Shown in pieces: positions 47,598-56,994 of a stretch of DNA of 64,000 nt. Numbering within the stretch: position 1 is the stretch's first letter; each line of letters opens with the position of its first letter. Source of the DNA: Promethearchaeota archaeon (GTDB lineage: Archaea > Asgardarchaeota > Lokiarchaeia > Sigyniarchaeales > SOKP01); the NCBI GenBank assembly GCA_048939015.1, contig JBHLPW010000002.1, positions 64,001 to 128,000 on the forward strand. Direction: 5' to 3'. The notes below the pieces were generated by a model. The model ran no database searches and was not told the DNA's origin. It saw only the letters and a list, made by a program, of their open reading frames with translations. The translations under genes were made by a program, and so were the position numbers.

Positions 47598-49574
47598 ATG
47601 TCTGATAAACAGACCAATGAAAACAATAACGAAGATCAACCAAGAATAGGTGTGTTCGTATGTCATTGAGGTATCAATATCGCAGGAATCTTAGACATAC
47701 CAAAGATAGTCGAAGAAATAAATAAATTAGAAAATGTTTGGGCTTATCCATATTTATCATTATGTACTGAAGGTGGTTCCACCGTGATCAAAGAAAAACA
47801 TGAAGAAGTTAATTTTAATAGAGTTTTGGTCGCTGCTTGCACTCCAAAAACACATCAGCCTGTTTTCCATGCAATATTAACAGAGATGGGGTTACCTCCA
47901 AGATACTTAGAATTTGTAAACATTCGAGAACATTGTTCTTTTGTACATCAAGCTCCAGAAGTACGTGAAAAGGCTGCTCTAAAAGCAATTGAATTAATTA
48001 AAGCGGGGATTGCCAGAGCAAAATTATTAGAAGATGTCCCTACAAAAACAGTACCAGTAGAACCAGCAGCTTTAGTTGTAGGTGGAGGAATTGCTGGTTT
48101 GTCTACCGCTATAGATTTAGGTGATGCGGGATATAAAGTCTATTTAGTTGAAAAAAATACGACTATAGGAGGACGTATGTCCCAACTTGATAGAACTTTC
48201 CCTACAGATGATTGTTCTATATGAATATTGGGACCAAAAATGCTTGAAGCTAACCGCCATCCAAATATAGAAATCTTATCTTATAGCGAAGTAAATGAAA
48301 TTGATGGATATATTGGGAATTTTGAAGTTAAGGTAAGAAAGAAGGCTCGATTTGTTCTTGAAGATAAATGCACGGGTTGTGGTACATGTACAGATGTTTG
48401 CCCCGTTTACATAAGTAATTACTTTGATGAACATCTTTCAGCAAGAAAAGTCATCGATATTGCATTTGCACAAGCAGTTCCCGCAATATCACAGCTGGAT
48501 AGAACAGCATGCATCGAATGTTTTGCATGTGTAGATGCTTGCGAGCAATCTGCAATAGATTTTAGTCAGCAGGATGAGATAATAGAACTCAAAGTAGGTA
48601 CAATAATAGTTGCCACTGGTTGGGATCTCTATCAAGGAGATGATTATGGTTATGGTACTTATGATAACGTTATTAATCAAATAGAATTAGAGAGAATACT
48701 TGCTCCAAATGGTCCAACTTATGGTCATCTAAAGCGTCCATCTGATGGTAAACGTCCAACCAAGGTTTTATTCATCAACTGTGTTGGATCAAGGGATGTA
48801 AGTAAGAATGCTCACTGCAGTGTTATCTGTTGTAATCTTTCCCTGAAAAACTCAAAATTAATTAAATCTGAGTACCCTGATTCGCAAATAGTTTGTTGTT
48901 ACATAGATATGAGATGTGCAGGAAAAGATTATGAAGAATACTATAGAAGATCTCGAGATGCGGGAATAATCTTTGTTAAAGGATTAGTTGGAAAAATTGA
49001 AGAAGATCCTCTAACAAAAAACCTTACTGTTCAATTTGAACCTGTTGGAACGGACTCAGTAGTTACTATGGAATTCCATATGGTAGTATTATCACCTGCT
49101 TCACTCCCATCTCAAGGAACAGTTGAAATTGCAAAAGTATTAAACATGGAAAAAAGTCCCGATGGATTTTTAAAAGAATATCATGCTCGTTTGGATCCAA
49201 TTAGTACAAAAGTACCTGGAATTTATATTTGCGGTTCTGCTCAAGGTCAGAAAGAAATCGATAAAGCAGTAAGTCAAGCAAGAGGAGCTGCATCAGTAGC
49301 AGGGATTCCTATGGGTAAGGGAGAATATACTATGGAACTAATTCGAGCAACTCCTTCGGATGAAAGATGCGCTAAATGCTATAAATGTATTGAAGCCTGT
49401 CCTTATTCTGCGATTTCTGTAAATGAACAAGGCAATATAGTTGTTAACCTTATTAATTGTCGAGGTTGCGGTACTTGTGCTTCATTATGCCCTTCAAAAG
49501 CAATTGAATTAACATACTTTAGAGATGATCAATATATGGCATTAGTTGACGAATTATTACCAATGGAGGAATAA
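47598..49574 (+). CDS. hdrA: Heterodisulfide reductase subunit A, selenoprotein (658 aa; Sec24 and Sec209)
   Basis: One frame from ATG 47598 (AGGTGA RBS) to TAA 49572-49574 with in-frame TGA at 47667 (RIGVFVCH-U-GINIAG) and 48222 (TFPTDDCSI-U-ILGPKM), both at conserved HdrA Cys positions; joins ORF-track pieces 47784-48224 and 48228-49574. Confidence 0.95.
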
Positions 49575-49587
49575 AGAGGTAATTAAA

Positions 49588-50046
49588 ATGGCTGAAGATA
49601 ATGATATTAAAATAATAGTATTTGCTTGCTGGAAATGAGGTTATGGTTCAGCGGATATGGCAGGGACTATTCGAGCCCAATATCCGGATTCGATTAGAAA
49701 CGTATTAGTGCCTTGCTCAGGACGTGTAGGACCAGATCTAATTATGCGAGCATTTGGAAGAGGTGCAGATGGTGTCGTTATTAATGCTTGATATCCTGGT
49801 GAATGCGATTATGAGACAGGAAATTACCATGCATATAGACAGGTTGAATATATAAAAGAAATCTTAAAAGTAGTCGGTATAAGTCCTGATAGGTTAAAAA
49901 TAATCTATTGCACCGCTGCTGAAGGTCAGAAATTTCAAAATGAGGCTATTGAAATCGATAAAACAATCCGTAAATTAGGACCAAGTCCTTTACATACAAA
50001 AGGCACACCTAAAAAAGAAAAAGCTAAAGCGAAAGCTAAAGCTTAA
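49588..50046 (+). CDS. mvhD: MvhD/VhuD [2Fe-2S] subunit, selenoprotein (152 aa; Sec17 and Sec68)
   Basis: Absent from ORF track. MAEDNDIKIIVFACWK-U-GYGSADMAG...PCSGRV...GADGVVINA-U-YPGECDYETGN...CTAAEGQKF...LGPSPL; TGA at 49636 and 49789; GAGGT RBS. Confidence 0.95.
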
Positions 50047-50052
50047 AAAATA

Positions 50053-50126
50053 ATGTGTTGACTGATGAAGCTGAGTTAAAAAAAATGAGAACTCAGCTGA
50101 AGAAATGGGTGCACCATATAACACAT
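50053..50126 (+). ncRNA. SECIS element (eukaryote-like / Lokiarchaeia type), cis-acting mRNA structure
   Basis: Helix 1 ATGTGTTG (50053-60) / TAACACAT (50119-26); core ATGA (50065-68) ... GA (50099-100); perfect 9-bp helix 2 AGCTGAGTT / AACTCAGCT; A8-containing apical loop; starts 6 nt after the mvhD stop. Confidence 0.9.
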
Positions 50127-50225
50127 AAAAAAGTAATAATAAAATATAAAAAAAAATCAAAAATTTGATTCATAAATTTGGAAAATTTAAAAAATAGTTT
50201 AGTATATAGTTAGAGTTGGAATTTC

Positions 50226-51365
50226 ATGGAAGTCATAGCAGAATACTTAATAAAGATTGAAGATTTTCCTAAGATCTTAACAACTTTATTAAAGGAAAAA
50301 GCTGTAGATAAATTCATAGGTGCTGAACTTAGGGTGGATAAAAAATCTGGTGCTATAGACCGATTTACTGTTCAGCCTAAATTAGCAGAAAAAGAGGAAG
50401 ATGTTAAAGATTTTCCTTTAACTCCTCTAATTGCATTTGGATACGCAAGAACAGACTCGGCTTCAAAGTATCTGCATAAATCAGTTGCAGGTGCGATGAA
50501 TGAAAAAGTAGGATTGGTTGCTCGTCCGTGCGACACAAGAGCCCTAATAGAACTTGCAAAGATTCGACAAGTAAACCTAGACAATCTCTTTGTGATTGGT
50601 ATTGAAGATCGGGGAATGCTTCCAAAAGCAGGACGAGAAATGAAAGCGATTAAGGATGTTGATCCAACTAAAATTGTGAAAGAAAAAGTAGGCGATACTG
50701 GTCTTATCGTGAAAATGGAAGATGGAAGCACAAAAGAGCTTAATCTTACTGTAGCAGAAAATTGTTTAAGATGCTATCGTAAAATTCCTGTAGTCGCTGA
50801 TTTAACTGTGAGTGATCTTGGAATTCCAGTTGATTCGGATGAGATAATCCTAAAAGTTTATTCAGATAAAGGGAGTGAAATTTTAGATAAATCAGGAATT
50901 AGTAAAAAACCTCTCCCCGATAAAGAAAAAAAAGCTCATTCAGATAAATATAATGAAATAATCGAAAAAGCAAAAGAAAAACGAGCAAAAGATTTGGAAG
51001 AATGGGATACACTTTCACAAGATGAAAAAATTGCTGAACTTCTTAAATGTACAATGTGTAACACTTGTATTCGTGGTTGTCCTGTTTGTTATTGTGTGGA
51101 TTGCATATTAATGAAAAAGAGAAAGGATAAAGCTATTGATAAAGCAACATATCAATTAACGAGAGTAGCTCATGATGCTGATCGCTGTGTTGAGTGTGGG
51201 AACTGTGATAATAATTGCCCTCAAAATTTACCTCTTTCGCTCTATTTTCAATCTTTGAATGAAGCTTTTAAAGAAAAGTTTGGTTATGAGGCAGGGATGT
51301 CTCTCGAAGATATTCCATTTCGATCTGGAAAAGCAATTTCTCAGATGGAATTAGAGAAAACATAA
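50226..51365 (+). CDS. FdhB/FrhB-like Fe-S protein (F420 dehydrogenase beta-subunit family)
   Basis: VARPCD.RALIELAK.RQVNLDNL..IG; CLRC; CTMCNTCIRGCPVCYCVDC; H...RCVECGNCDNNCP. Confidence 0.82.
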   Translation: MEVIAEYLIKIEDFPKILTTLLKEKAVDKFIGAELRVDKKSGAIDRFTVQPKLAEKEEDVKDFPLTPLIAFGYARTDSASKYLHKSVAGAMNEKVGLVARPCDTRALIELAKIRQVNLDNLFVIGIEDRGMLPKAGREMKAIKDVDPTKIVKEKVGDTGLIVKMEDGSTKELNLTVAENCLRCYRKIPVVADLTVSDLGIPVDSDEIILKVYSDKGSEILDKSGISKKPLPDKEKKAHSDKYNEIIEKAKEKRAKDLEEWDTLSQDEKIAELLKCTMCNTCIRGCPVCYCVDCILMKKRKDKAIDKATYQLTRVAHDADRCVECGNCDNNCPQNLPLSLYFQSLNEAFKEKFGYEAGMSLEDIPFRSGKAISQMELEKT

Positions 51366-51548
51366 GACTAATTATTTTAAATTCTTTATTTTATAATTTT
51401 ATTGAAATAATAAAGGTCCTTTTTAGAGAATTTCTTTTTTTTAACTTTTTTTGTAAAAAAATAGGTATAAATAGTGCAATTTTTTTATCAAATTTAAGAA
51501 AATTTACATAAAGTAAATCAAAAAGCTAAATAAGTTTATGAGAAATTT

Positions 51549-52472
51549 ATGTTATTACAAATTCTAGATAGCGAAATGGTATTTAATCTTTCAACAGCGC
51601 CTGTACTCGCATGTAGTTTGCTTTTTATTGGTTATTTGATATTACGAAGAAACGGAAGAGGTATAAAATCCACAGAGTTTAGGGTTATTTTCATGTTCCT
51701 TACGTCAATAGCGGTAATGGTAACCATTACAATATTAGTAAATGTAGTGTTTGAATATGGTGGTCTCCCTCTAATTTTTGCTTTTATCATAGGAATCGGT
51801 TATATGTTATTTTGTTTATTTTACATCGGTAGGACAATTTATAGAGCGAATAACCAGATAGCTAATTTATTAGATAATGTGATCAAATCAAGTTCAGATG
51901 TAGCTGTGAATGTAGCGAATATAGCTACGGAGTTAGCAGCAAACGCAAGTGAAATAAATGCCGCCTCAGAAGAGATTGCATCATCTACTTTAGAAGCAAC
52001 CAATCTTACAGAAGGGATAATGAGAGCTTCAAGTGAAATAAACAATGTTAATTCTCTTATTACGAATATAGCAGATCAAACAAATTTATTAGCATTAAAT
52101 GCCAGTATTGAAGCTGGTAGAGCAGGTGAACAGGGGAGGGGATTTGCGGTGGTCGCGGATGAAGTAAGAAAGTTAGCAGAAGAGTCAAAAAGAGCAGTCA
52201 GTAATACTGGTAATAAAATTTCAGATATCATTAATAACATCCAACTTTCATTTAACAATATGGAAGGAATTAGTTCGGCATCGGAACAACAGAGTGCTTC
52301 TATGGAAGAAATTACTGCAACAGCTAATAAATTAGGGACAATGGCAGAGGTTCTAAAAGAATCCTTGGAAGTAAAAGAGGAATCGAATAAACAAAAGAAG
52401 AAAATGACCTTAAAAGTAAAAGGCAGACATAAAAATCAGTCAGACAAAAAATCTGCTAAGAAGTTTAAATAG
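51549..52472 (+). CDS. Methyl-accepting chemotaxis-like protein
   Basis: [38 protein letters not shown]; three N-terminal TM segments. Confidence 0.92.
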   Translation: MLLQILDSEMVFNLSTAPVLACSLLFIGYLILRRNGRGIKSTEFRVIFMFLTSIAVMVTITILVNVVFEYGGLPLIFAFIIGIGYMLFCLFYIGRTIYRANNQIANLLDNVIKSSSDVAVNVANIATELAANASEINAASEEIASSTLEATNLTEGIMRASSEINNVNSLITNIADQTNLLALNASIEAGRAGEQGRGFAVVADEVRKLAEESKRAVSNTGNKISDIINNIQLSFNNMEGISSASEQQSASMEEITATANKLGTMAEVLKESLEVKEESNKQKKKMTLKVKGRHKNQSDKKSAKKFK

Positions 52473-52512
52473 AGTATCCTATTTTTATTTATTTTTTTTT
52501 ATTTATTTTTAT

Positions 52513-52662
52513 TTATAGGAATGAACTAAGAAGACTAATTTTTTCAGGTAATAATATTTCAATTAAGGATTCTATTGATGATTTGACAATAGTATCCTTC
52601 ATGATGTAATTTATTTCATTAAATGATCTATCTTTTCACATTAATTTTAGAAAAAAGGTACC
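52513..52662 (-). pseudogene. 3' remnant of a paralog of the GNAT gene at 53479-54756
   Basis: Translates as GTFFLKLM*KDRSFNEINYIMKDTIVKSSIESLIEILLPEKISLLSSFL*, aligning to ATLFKLILGDRTFDEINYIVKDAIVNISSKLLIETLFPKKLSLLGSYV; internal stop at 52636-52638. Confidence 0.8.
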
Positions 52663-52766
52663 AAATTTCAAAAATTAGTCTTTTTATTTGATCAATTCTC
52701 AAAAAAAAATTAGAACTGTTTATTAACTTCAAAAGTTTTTAAATAAATAAGTTATCAGAGGGATTC

Positions 52767-53426
52767 ATTATTTCGGTACTGATAAAAAATATTAGGATTG
52801 GAGTAATTCTTGGTCTTTTTGGTGCATTATTTATCATAATATTTCTCCTGCTAACTGCGTTACTTACTCCTGGATTTACCCCCTTTGTCTATCCTATAAG
52901 TTCTTTAGGATATAGTGCTGCTAATTCGTTATTTGGAATTGGATTACTAGTGGGGGGTTCATTGCTAATTCCCTTTTTTATCTATTTAGAAAGAGCATTA
53001 TTGAATATAAGTATAGGTGTGAGAAGTCTGACCACGGCAATTACAGTATTTACTAATGTTTGTGTTGCTTTAGTTGGAATCCCTCCAAATCCAATTAATA
53101 TAAAAGCTTTTCAAATGTTTCATGCATTTGTGGCAGTAGGAGGTCTAATTGGGACTTCAATCCTAATTGTATTTTACAGTATTATGATACACCGAAGTTC
53201 TAAGCCTATTTTATTTAAAGGTCCAATCTTTAAAAAATACTTAGTGTATTTTGGCCTTTCCATTGGAGTTTTATTGGGGATATTTCTCATTACACGATAT
53301 GCGATATTAGAATGGATAGTGGGAGCTCTTATAGTATTCTGGGTTTTAATTACAGCAAAACAAGGAATTTCATTCAAGTTTTCTAAAGTGAAAGGAACAT
53401 ACTATAAAAAATCCAGAGTTACATAG
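52767..53426 (+). CDS. DUF998-like membrane protein, N-terminally extended relative to the ORF track (start uncertain, possibly ATT)
   Basis: Frame is open from 52743 and encodes a TM helix and PGF.P..YPISSLG upstream of the tracked GTG 52950; no in-frame ATG/GTG/TTG before 52950. Confidence 0.6.
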   Translation: MISVLIKNIRIGVILGLFGALFIIIFLLLTALLTPGFTPFVYPISSLGYSAANSLFGIGLLVGGSLLIPFFIYLERALLNISIGVRSLTTAITVFTNVCVALVGIPPNPINIKAFQMFHAFVAVGGLIGTSILIVFYSIMIHRSSKPILFKGPIFKKYLVYFGLSIGVLLGIFLITRYAILEWIVGALIVFWVLITAKQGISFKFSKVKGTYYKKSRVT

Positions 53427-53478
53427 CCTTACAGCTATTTTTCTATTCTATTTAGTGTTTCAGGAAATAATTCAATTT

Positions 53479-54756
53479 CTATACATATGAACCAAGTAGG
53501 CTTAATTTTTTTGGAAATAAAGTTTCAATAAGCAATTTGGATGATATATTCACTATAGCATCTTTCACAATATAATTTATTTCATCAAATGTTCTGTCTC
53601 CCAATATTAGTTTGAACAAAGTTGCTTCTGGAATCATGAGATCAGTTATTTTCGGATCTGGATGCTCTGTTAATGTTTCAATTTTCTTAATTTTACCATT
53701 GCTAAAATCTATTAGAATTGTTTCAGAATAATTACTAATTCTAACAGTTTTTGTAAGTCCCTTAAAATCAGAATTGCTGATTCTATTTTCCAAAATATTC
53801 TTTATCAAAGAAATAAAATTCTTCAAATTTGGAATTTTTACTTGCCATCCATATGTCGAAATAGGTTGTCCTCCTAAGTTTCTGATAAAATTGTACAATG
53901 ACGAATGCTCATTTATACTTAGAGTGATATTATCATCATTAGTATAATTTCCTATAGCTTTAATGAATTGAAGCAAGGTTATCATTTCATTTTTATTTAA
54001 ATCTGGACAGCTAATTTCAAAATTCTGATTGTCATAACTCATTCCAAAGGAGAAATAATTCATAGATATGCCAGAATCCTGTAAAATATACGTTGAACGT
54101 AGTTCTGTGTTATATTGATCATTTAAATATTTAAACTTAAAGCATTCAATATCAAATTTGTTAAAGATAAAATAATTTTTGTGGAATTCAGAATATTTTT
54201 CTTCAATAAAGGGAAGATCGTCAAGATTAGCTAATTTAATGATTACATTTTTCAATCTTTCATTAGGTATTTTCGATGCGGGAATCATTATTCTGTCATC
54301 GAGAGATGAGATATATTCGTATCCTAAAATACGATAAAAATATGGTATTCCTGTAATAGCTGAAAGAATAAAACCATTTTGGTCCATGATTTTTTCATAG
54401 AGTTCATTTAAAATTTTAATAAAGCCTTTTCCCCTATATTCTTCGAGAGTCCCTACAAATTCCATTTCACAAACGGGTAAGATAGTATCTTCTATTTGCC
54501 ATTCTAAAGGAATTAAACAGATAAGAGAAACAATTTCTTTTTTCTTATCATCTCTGATATATAACCATAAGATCTCATTTTTTTGCGGATATTCTAAAAA
54601 TATTTGATGAATAAGAGATTTTAACACCTCATCTTGATGAACTTCCATACATAAATTGGTGATGGCAACTTTTTCCTCTTCACTTTCTTCAGCAATATGA
54701 ATACTGAAGCGTTCATCAACTTTAACGCCATATCCTTTTCTAAATTCCATAATCAT
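53479..54756 (-). CDS. GNAT (Eis-like) acetyltransferase with extended C-terminus
   Basis: EFVGT.EEYRGKG; I.GIPYFYR.LGYEY. Confidence 0.85.
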   Translation of the reverse strand: MIMEFRKGYGVKVDERFSIHIAEESEEEKVAITNLCMEVHQDEVLKSLIHQIFLEYPQKNEILWLYIRDDKKKEIVSLICLIPLEWQIEDTILPVCEMEFVGTLEEYRGKGFIKILNELYEKIMDQNGFILSAITGIPYFYRILGYEYISSLDDRIMIPASKIPNERLKNVIIKLANLDDLPFIEEKYSEFHKNYFIFNKFDIECFKFKYLNDQYNTELRSTYILQDSGISMNYFSFGMSYDNQNFEISCPDLNKNEMITLLQFIKAIGNYTNDDNITLSINEHSSLYNFIRNLGGQPISTYGWQVKIPNLKNFISLIKNILENRISNSDFKGLTKTVRISNYSETILIDFSNGKIKKIETLTEHPDPKITDLMIPEATLFKLILGDRTFDEINYIVKDAIVNISSKLLIETLFPKKLSLLGSYV

Positions 54757-54896
54757 AAAAAGAAAAAGTCTAATTTCAATTTTTTTATATTCTTTATTTT
54801 TTAAATTACATCATTTGATTTTTATAAATTTAAAAAAATTACTTAGGTTAATTTTTGGCGGACATTTAGTATTGAAAAATAGAAAAGAAATATATA

Positions 54897-55826
54897 TTAA
54901 TCCGGTTTGTAATAAAATGAATTTTTATCTGCATTTAATATACATTGTTCTAACAATTTCAGAATTTCATCTCGATCGTGAAGTGAAGGATCATAATAAG
55001 AGTGTACATATGAACCTTTCTGAGAAATTCCAAATTTGATCATCAAATAAAAATCTTTGAAAAATCGCTCTACATGGAAAAAACTATTCAATTTCTCAGG
55101 TTCATCTACAAACTGCCAGAATTTTTTTTCTTCAAAAGGATCGAATAATGAAAATAACCATTCTTTAATCTCATGAATATCAAGTTTATTTCGTAATAAT
55201 GCGGTATAAACTGCTGAAGCTATTCTTAATTCTTCCTTGCCATTGAAGATTATGGGGGAAGGTGAAGATAACTTTTGTTTGAAAATTTGGAAGATTTGAA
55301 GAATTTCTCTTTTTTCAATAAAACGATGTTTCGCGAAATTCTTGAACAAATCAGCACCATGGGCAATAGAATGTGCCCACCCCTTCCCAATTACATATGC
55401 TCTATAATCTTTTTCTTGCTGATAATATTCCAGCGCTTTTTTAAACCATTTCTTGACTATTTCGGGTGTTAGAAAAGCTTTTCTCTCCTCAATTTCTCCT
55501 TTTACACAACTTTCATCAAAAGACAAGATTCCAACTACTTCTAATGCAGCAAATGCCCTTAAAAATACAGAGTCGGATGTTTCTTGTCCTAATCCCCTAT
55601 GTGTTAATGAAATAAGTTGATCACCTAACGATATAAGTGTTGTATTATCATATTCTCCGTTCATTATCCATGTATACAAAATATCCAAGCAACCTTCCCG
55701 AATATCAGAATCTATATTACCCAAATTATCTATTACCCAAGGAGTTATCTCCATGAGAGAAATTTCCGAAGGAAGTTGAAAATTATTTTCCGCAATAGAT
55801 TTAATTTGTTCTATTGTTAATTCCAT
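54897..55826 (-). CDS. DUF2785 family protein
   Basis: D..IRE, VF.RAF.AL, E.DYR.YV..KGWAHSIAHGAD, EE.R. Confidence 0.82.
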   Translation of the reverse strand: MELTIEQIKSIAENNFQLPSEISLMEITPWVIDNLGNIDSDIREGCLDILYTWIMNGEYDNTTLISLGDQLISLTHRGLGQETSDSVFLRAFAALEVVGILSFDESCVKGEIEERKAFLTPEIVKKWFKKALEYYQQEKDYRAYVIGKGWAHSIAHGADLFKNFAKHRFIEKREILQIFQIFKQKLSSPSPIIFNGKEELRIASAVYTALLRNKLDIHEIKEWLFSLFDPFEEKKFWQFVDEPEKLNSFFHVERFFKDFYLMIKFGISQKGSYVHSYYDPSLHDRDEILKLLEQCILNADKNSFYYKPD

Positions 55827-55858
55827 TTTGTCTTACCCTATTTTATTTAAAGTCTAAT

Positions 55859-56845
55859 CTATTTTTGAAATTCTTTTGGGATATGAACAGCAAATTTACA
55901 GAGTAAACCTCCAGTAAGCGGTGATTCAATAGGTTCAACTTTAATTGGTTGGTCAAAAATGACATCCCAGTATTTTTTTGTGTATCCTGCGCTACAATAG
56001 CAAAAGTGGGAGAATATTTCTTTTTCAGTACCATTTTTAATTGCACCTCGTATCCAAGGGCAATAACAACTATAGAAACCTTTCATTTTATTATCTTTTG
56101 CTTGTATATATTTTTTTGTTTGGTAAGGGAGCTTAGCTTCGATAATTATTTCACCTTTTCTTATTCCAGGATTAATTTCAGGCGTATTTTTTACAAATTC
56201 TATTACCTCATCATCGATATATTGCGCAAATTCTAAAGTTCCCTCCTGCTGATGTTTTTCCAATCGTTCAATTAATTCTTGCTTTTTTATCCTTAAAAAT
56301 TCATCAATATCAGCTATTCTTAAGAAATCTTCTCTTTCTTTTTTAAGATCTCCAGGATGACCATGTAAGCATGGCTTCAATAGCTCTATAGTCTTTTCTT
56401 CTCCAATTTTCTTTTTTAATCTTTCTAAGACTATTTTAGTAAACTCTGGTTTTTTTTCGGGATGAGTTCCTAATGGAGGAATTTTAAGATCTTTAAAAAT
56501 TTCTTCTTGTATTGATTTACTGTGCTCTTCAGCAACTCTTTGGTAAAGATTATCCATTGCATTATAAGATTCTGAGATATCAATAATTTCTACGATATAA
56601 TCATATTTCTTTATGAAATTAGCATAATTTATTAATGCTCTTAGAAAATCTAATACCTCTTCACTTCGCTTTTCCACTAAATAATCCGAATACTTAATTA
56701 TTTCTCCATTGGGAATTGTGTCAATATCAGTATTTTGTTTTTTAAGAAAAGTGCGAAATTTGTCTAATTTAGAGATATATATCTCAGCTTGTTCTTGAGA
56801 TAAGTTATTATCTATGAGATACTTCAAGAAAGCGTCCTTGTTCAA
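55859..56845 (-). CDS. Uncharacterised protein with a C-terminal Cys-rich V4R-like (DUF6144-like) domain
   Basis: CYCPW, FCYCSAGY.K..W...F..P.KVE..ES.L.G...CKF. Confidence 0.7.
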   Translation of the reverse strand: MNKDAFLKYLIDNNLSQEQAEIYISKLDKFRTFLKKQNTDIDTIPNGEIIKYSDYLVEKRSEEVLDFLRALINYANFIKKYDYIVEIIDISESYNAMDNLYQRVAEEHSKSIQEEIFKDLKIPPLGTHPEKKPEFTKIVLERLKKKIGEEKTIELLKPCLHGHPGDLKKEREDFLRIADIDEFLRIKKQELIERLEKHQQEGTLEFAQYIDDEVIEFVKNTPEINPGIRKGEIIIEAKLPYQTKKYIQAKDNKMKGFYSCYCPWIRGAIKNGTEKEIFSHFCYCSAGYTKKYWDVIFDQPIKVEPIESPLTGGLLCKFAVHIPKEFQK

Positions 56846-56994
56846 TTTGCATTACCTAAAAATGAAATTATAATTAAATACAATGACTAGACTAAAAGTA
56901 TATTTCTTTTTAAGGAGATCTATTTATGTAAATAGTTAGATTGATTAAGTCGATTATTCAAAATATCATGAATTTTTATTTGAATATTGTATTT

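Noticed and set aside
47670-49830. Short stems just 3' of the Sec UGAs (e.g. GGTAT/ATACC after 47669, TCCTG/CAGGA after 49791) as bacterial-type SECIS or recoding elements
   Set aside because: Only 5-7 bp with large loops and no shared motif; expected by chance without covariation evidence.
47598-50046. hdrA/mvhD as pseudogenes, or genome-wide TGA reassignment to Trp/Gly
   Set aside because: All four TGAs sit at conserved Cys positions with no frameshifts and a SECIS follows. Other genes use TGG for Trp, and some end normally at TGA.
52636-52638. In-frame TGA in the GNAT remnant as Sec
   Set aside because: Aligns to a non-Cys residue in a fragment that lacks the rest of the gene; simple decay.
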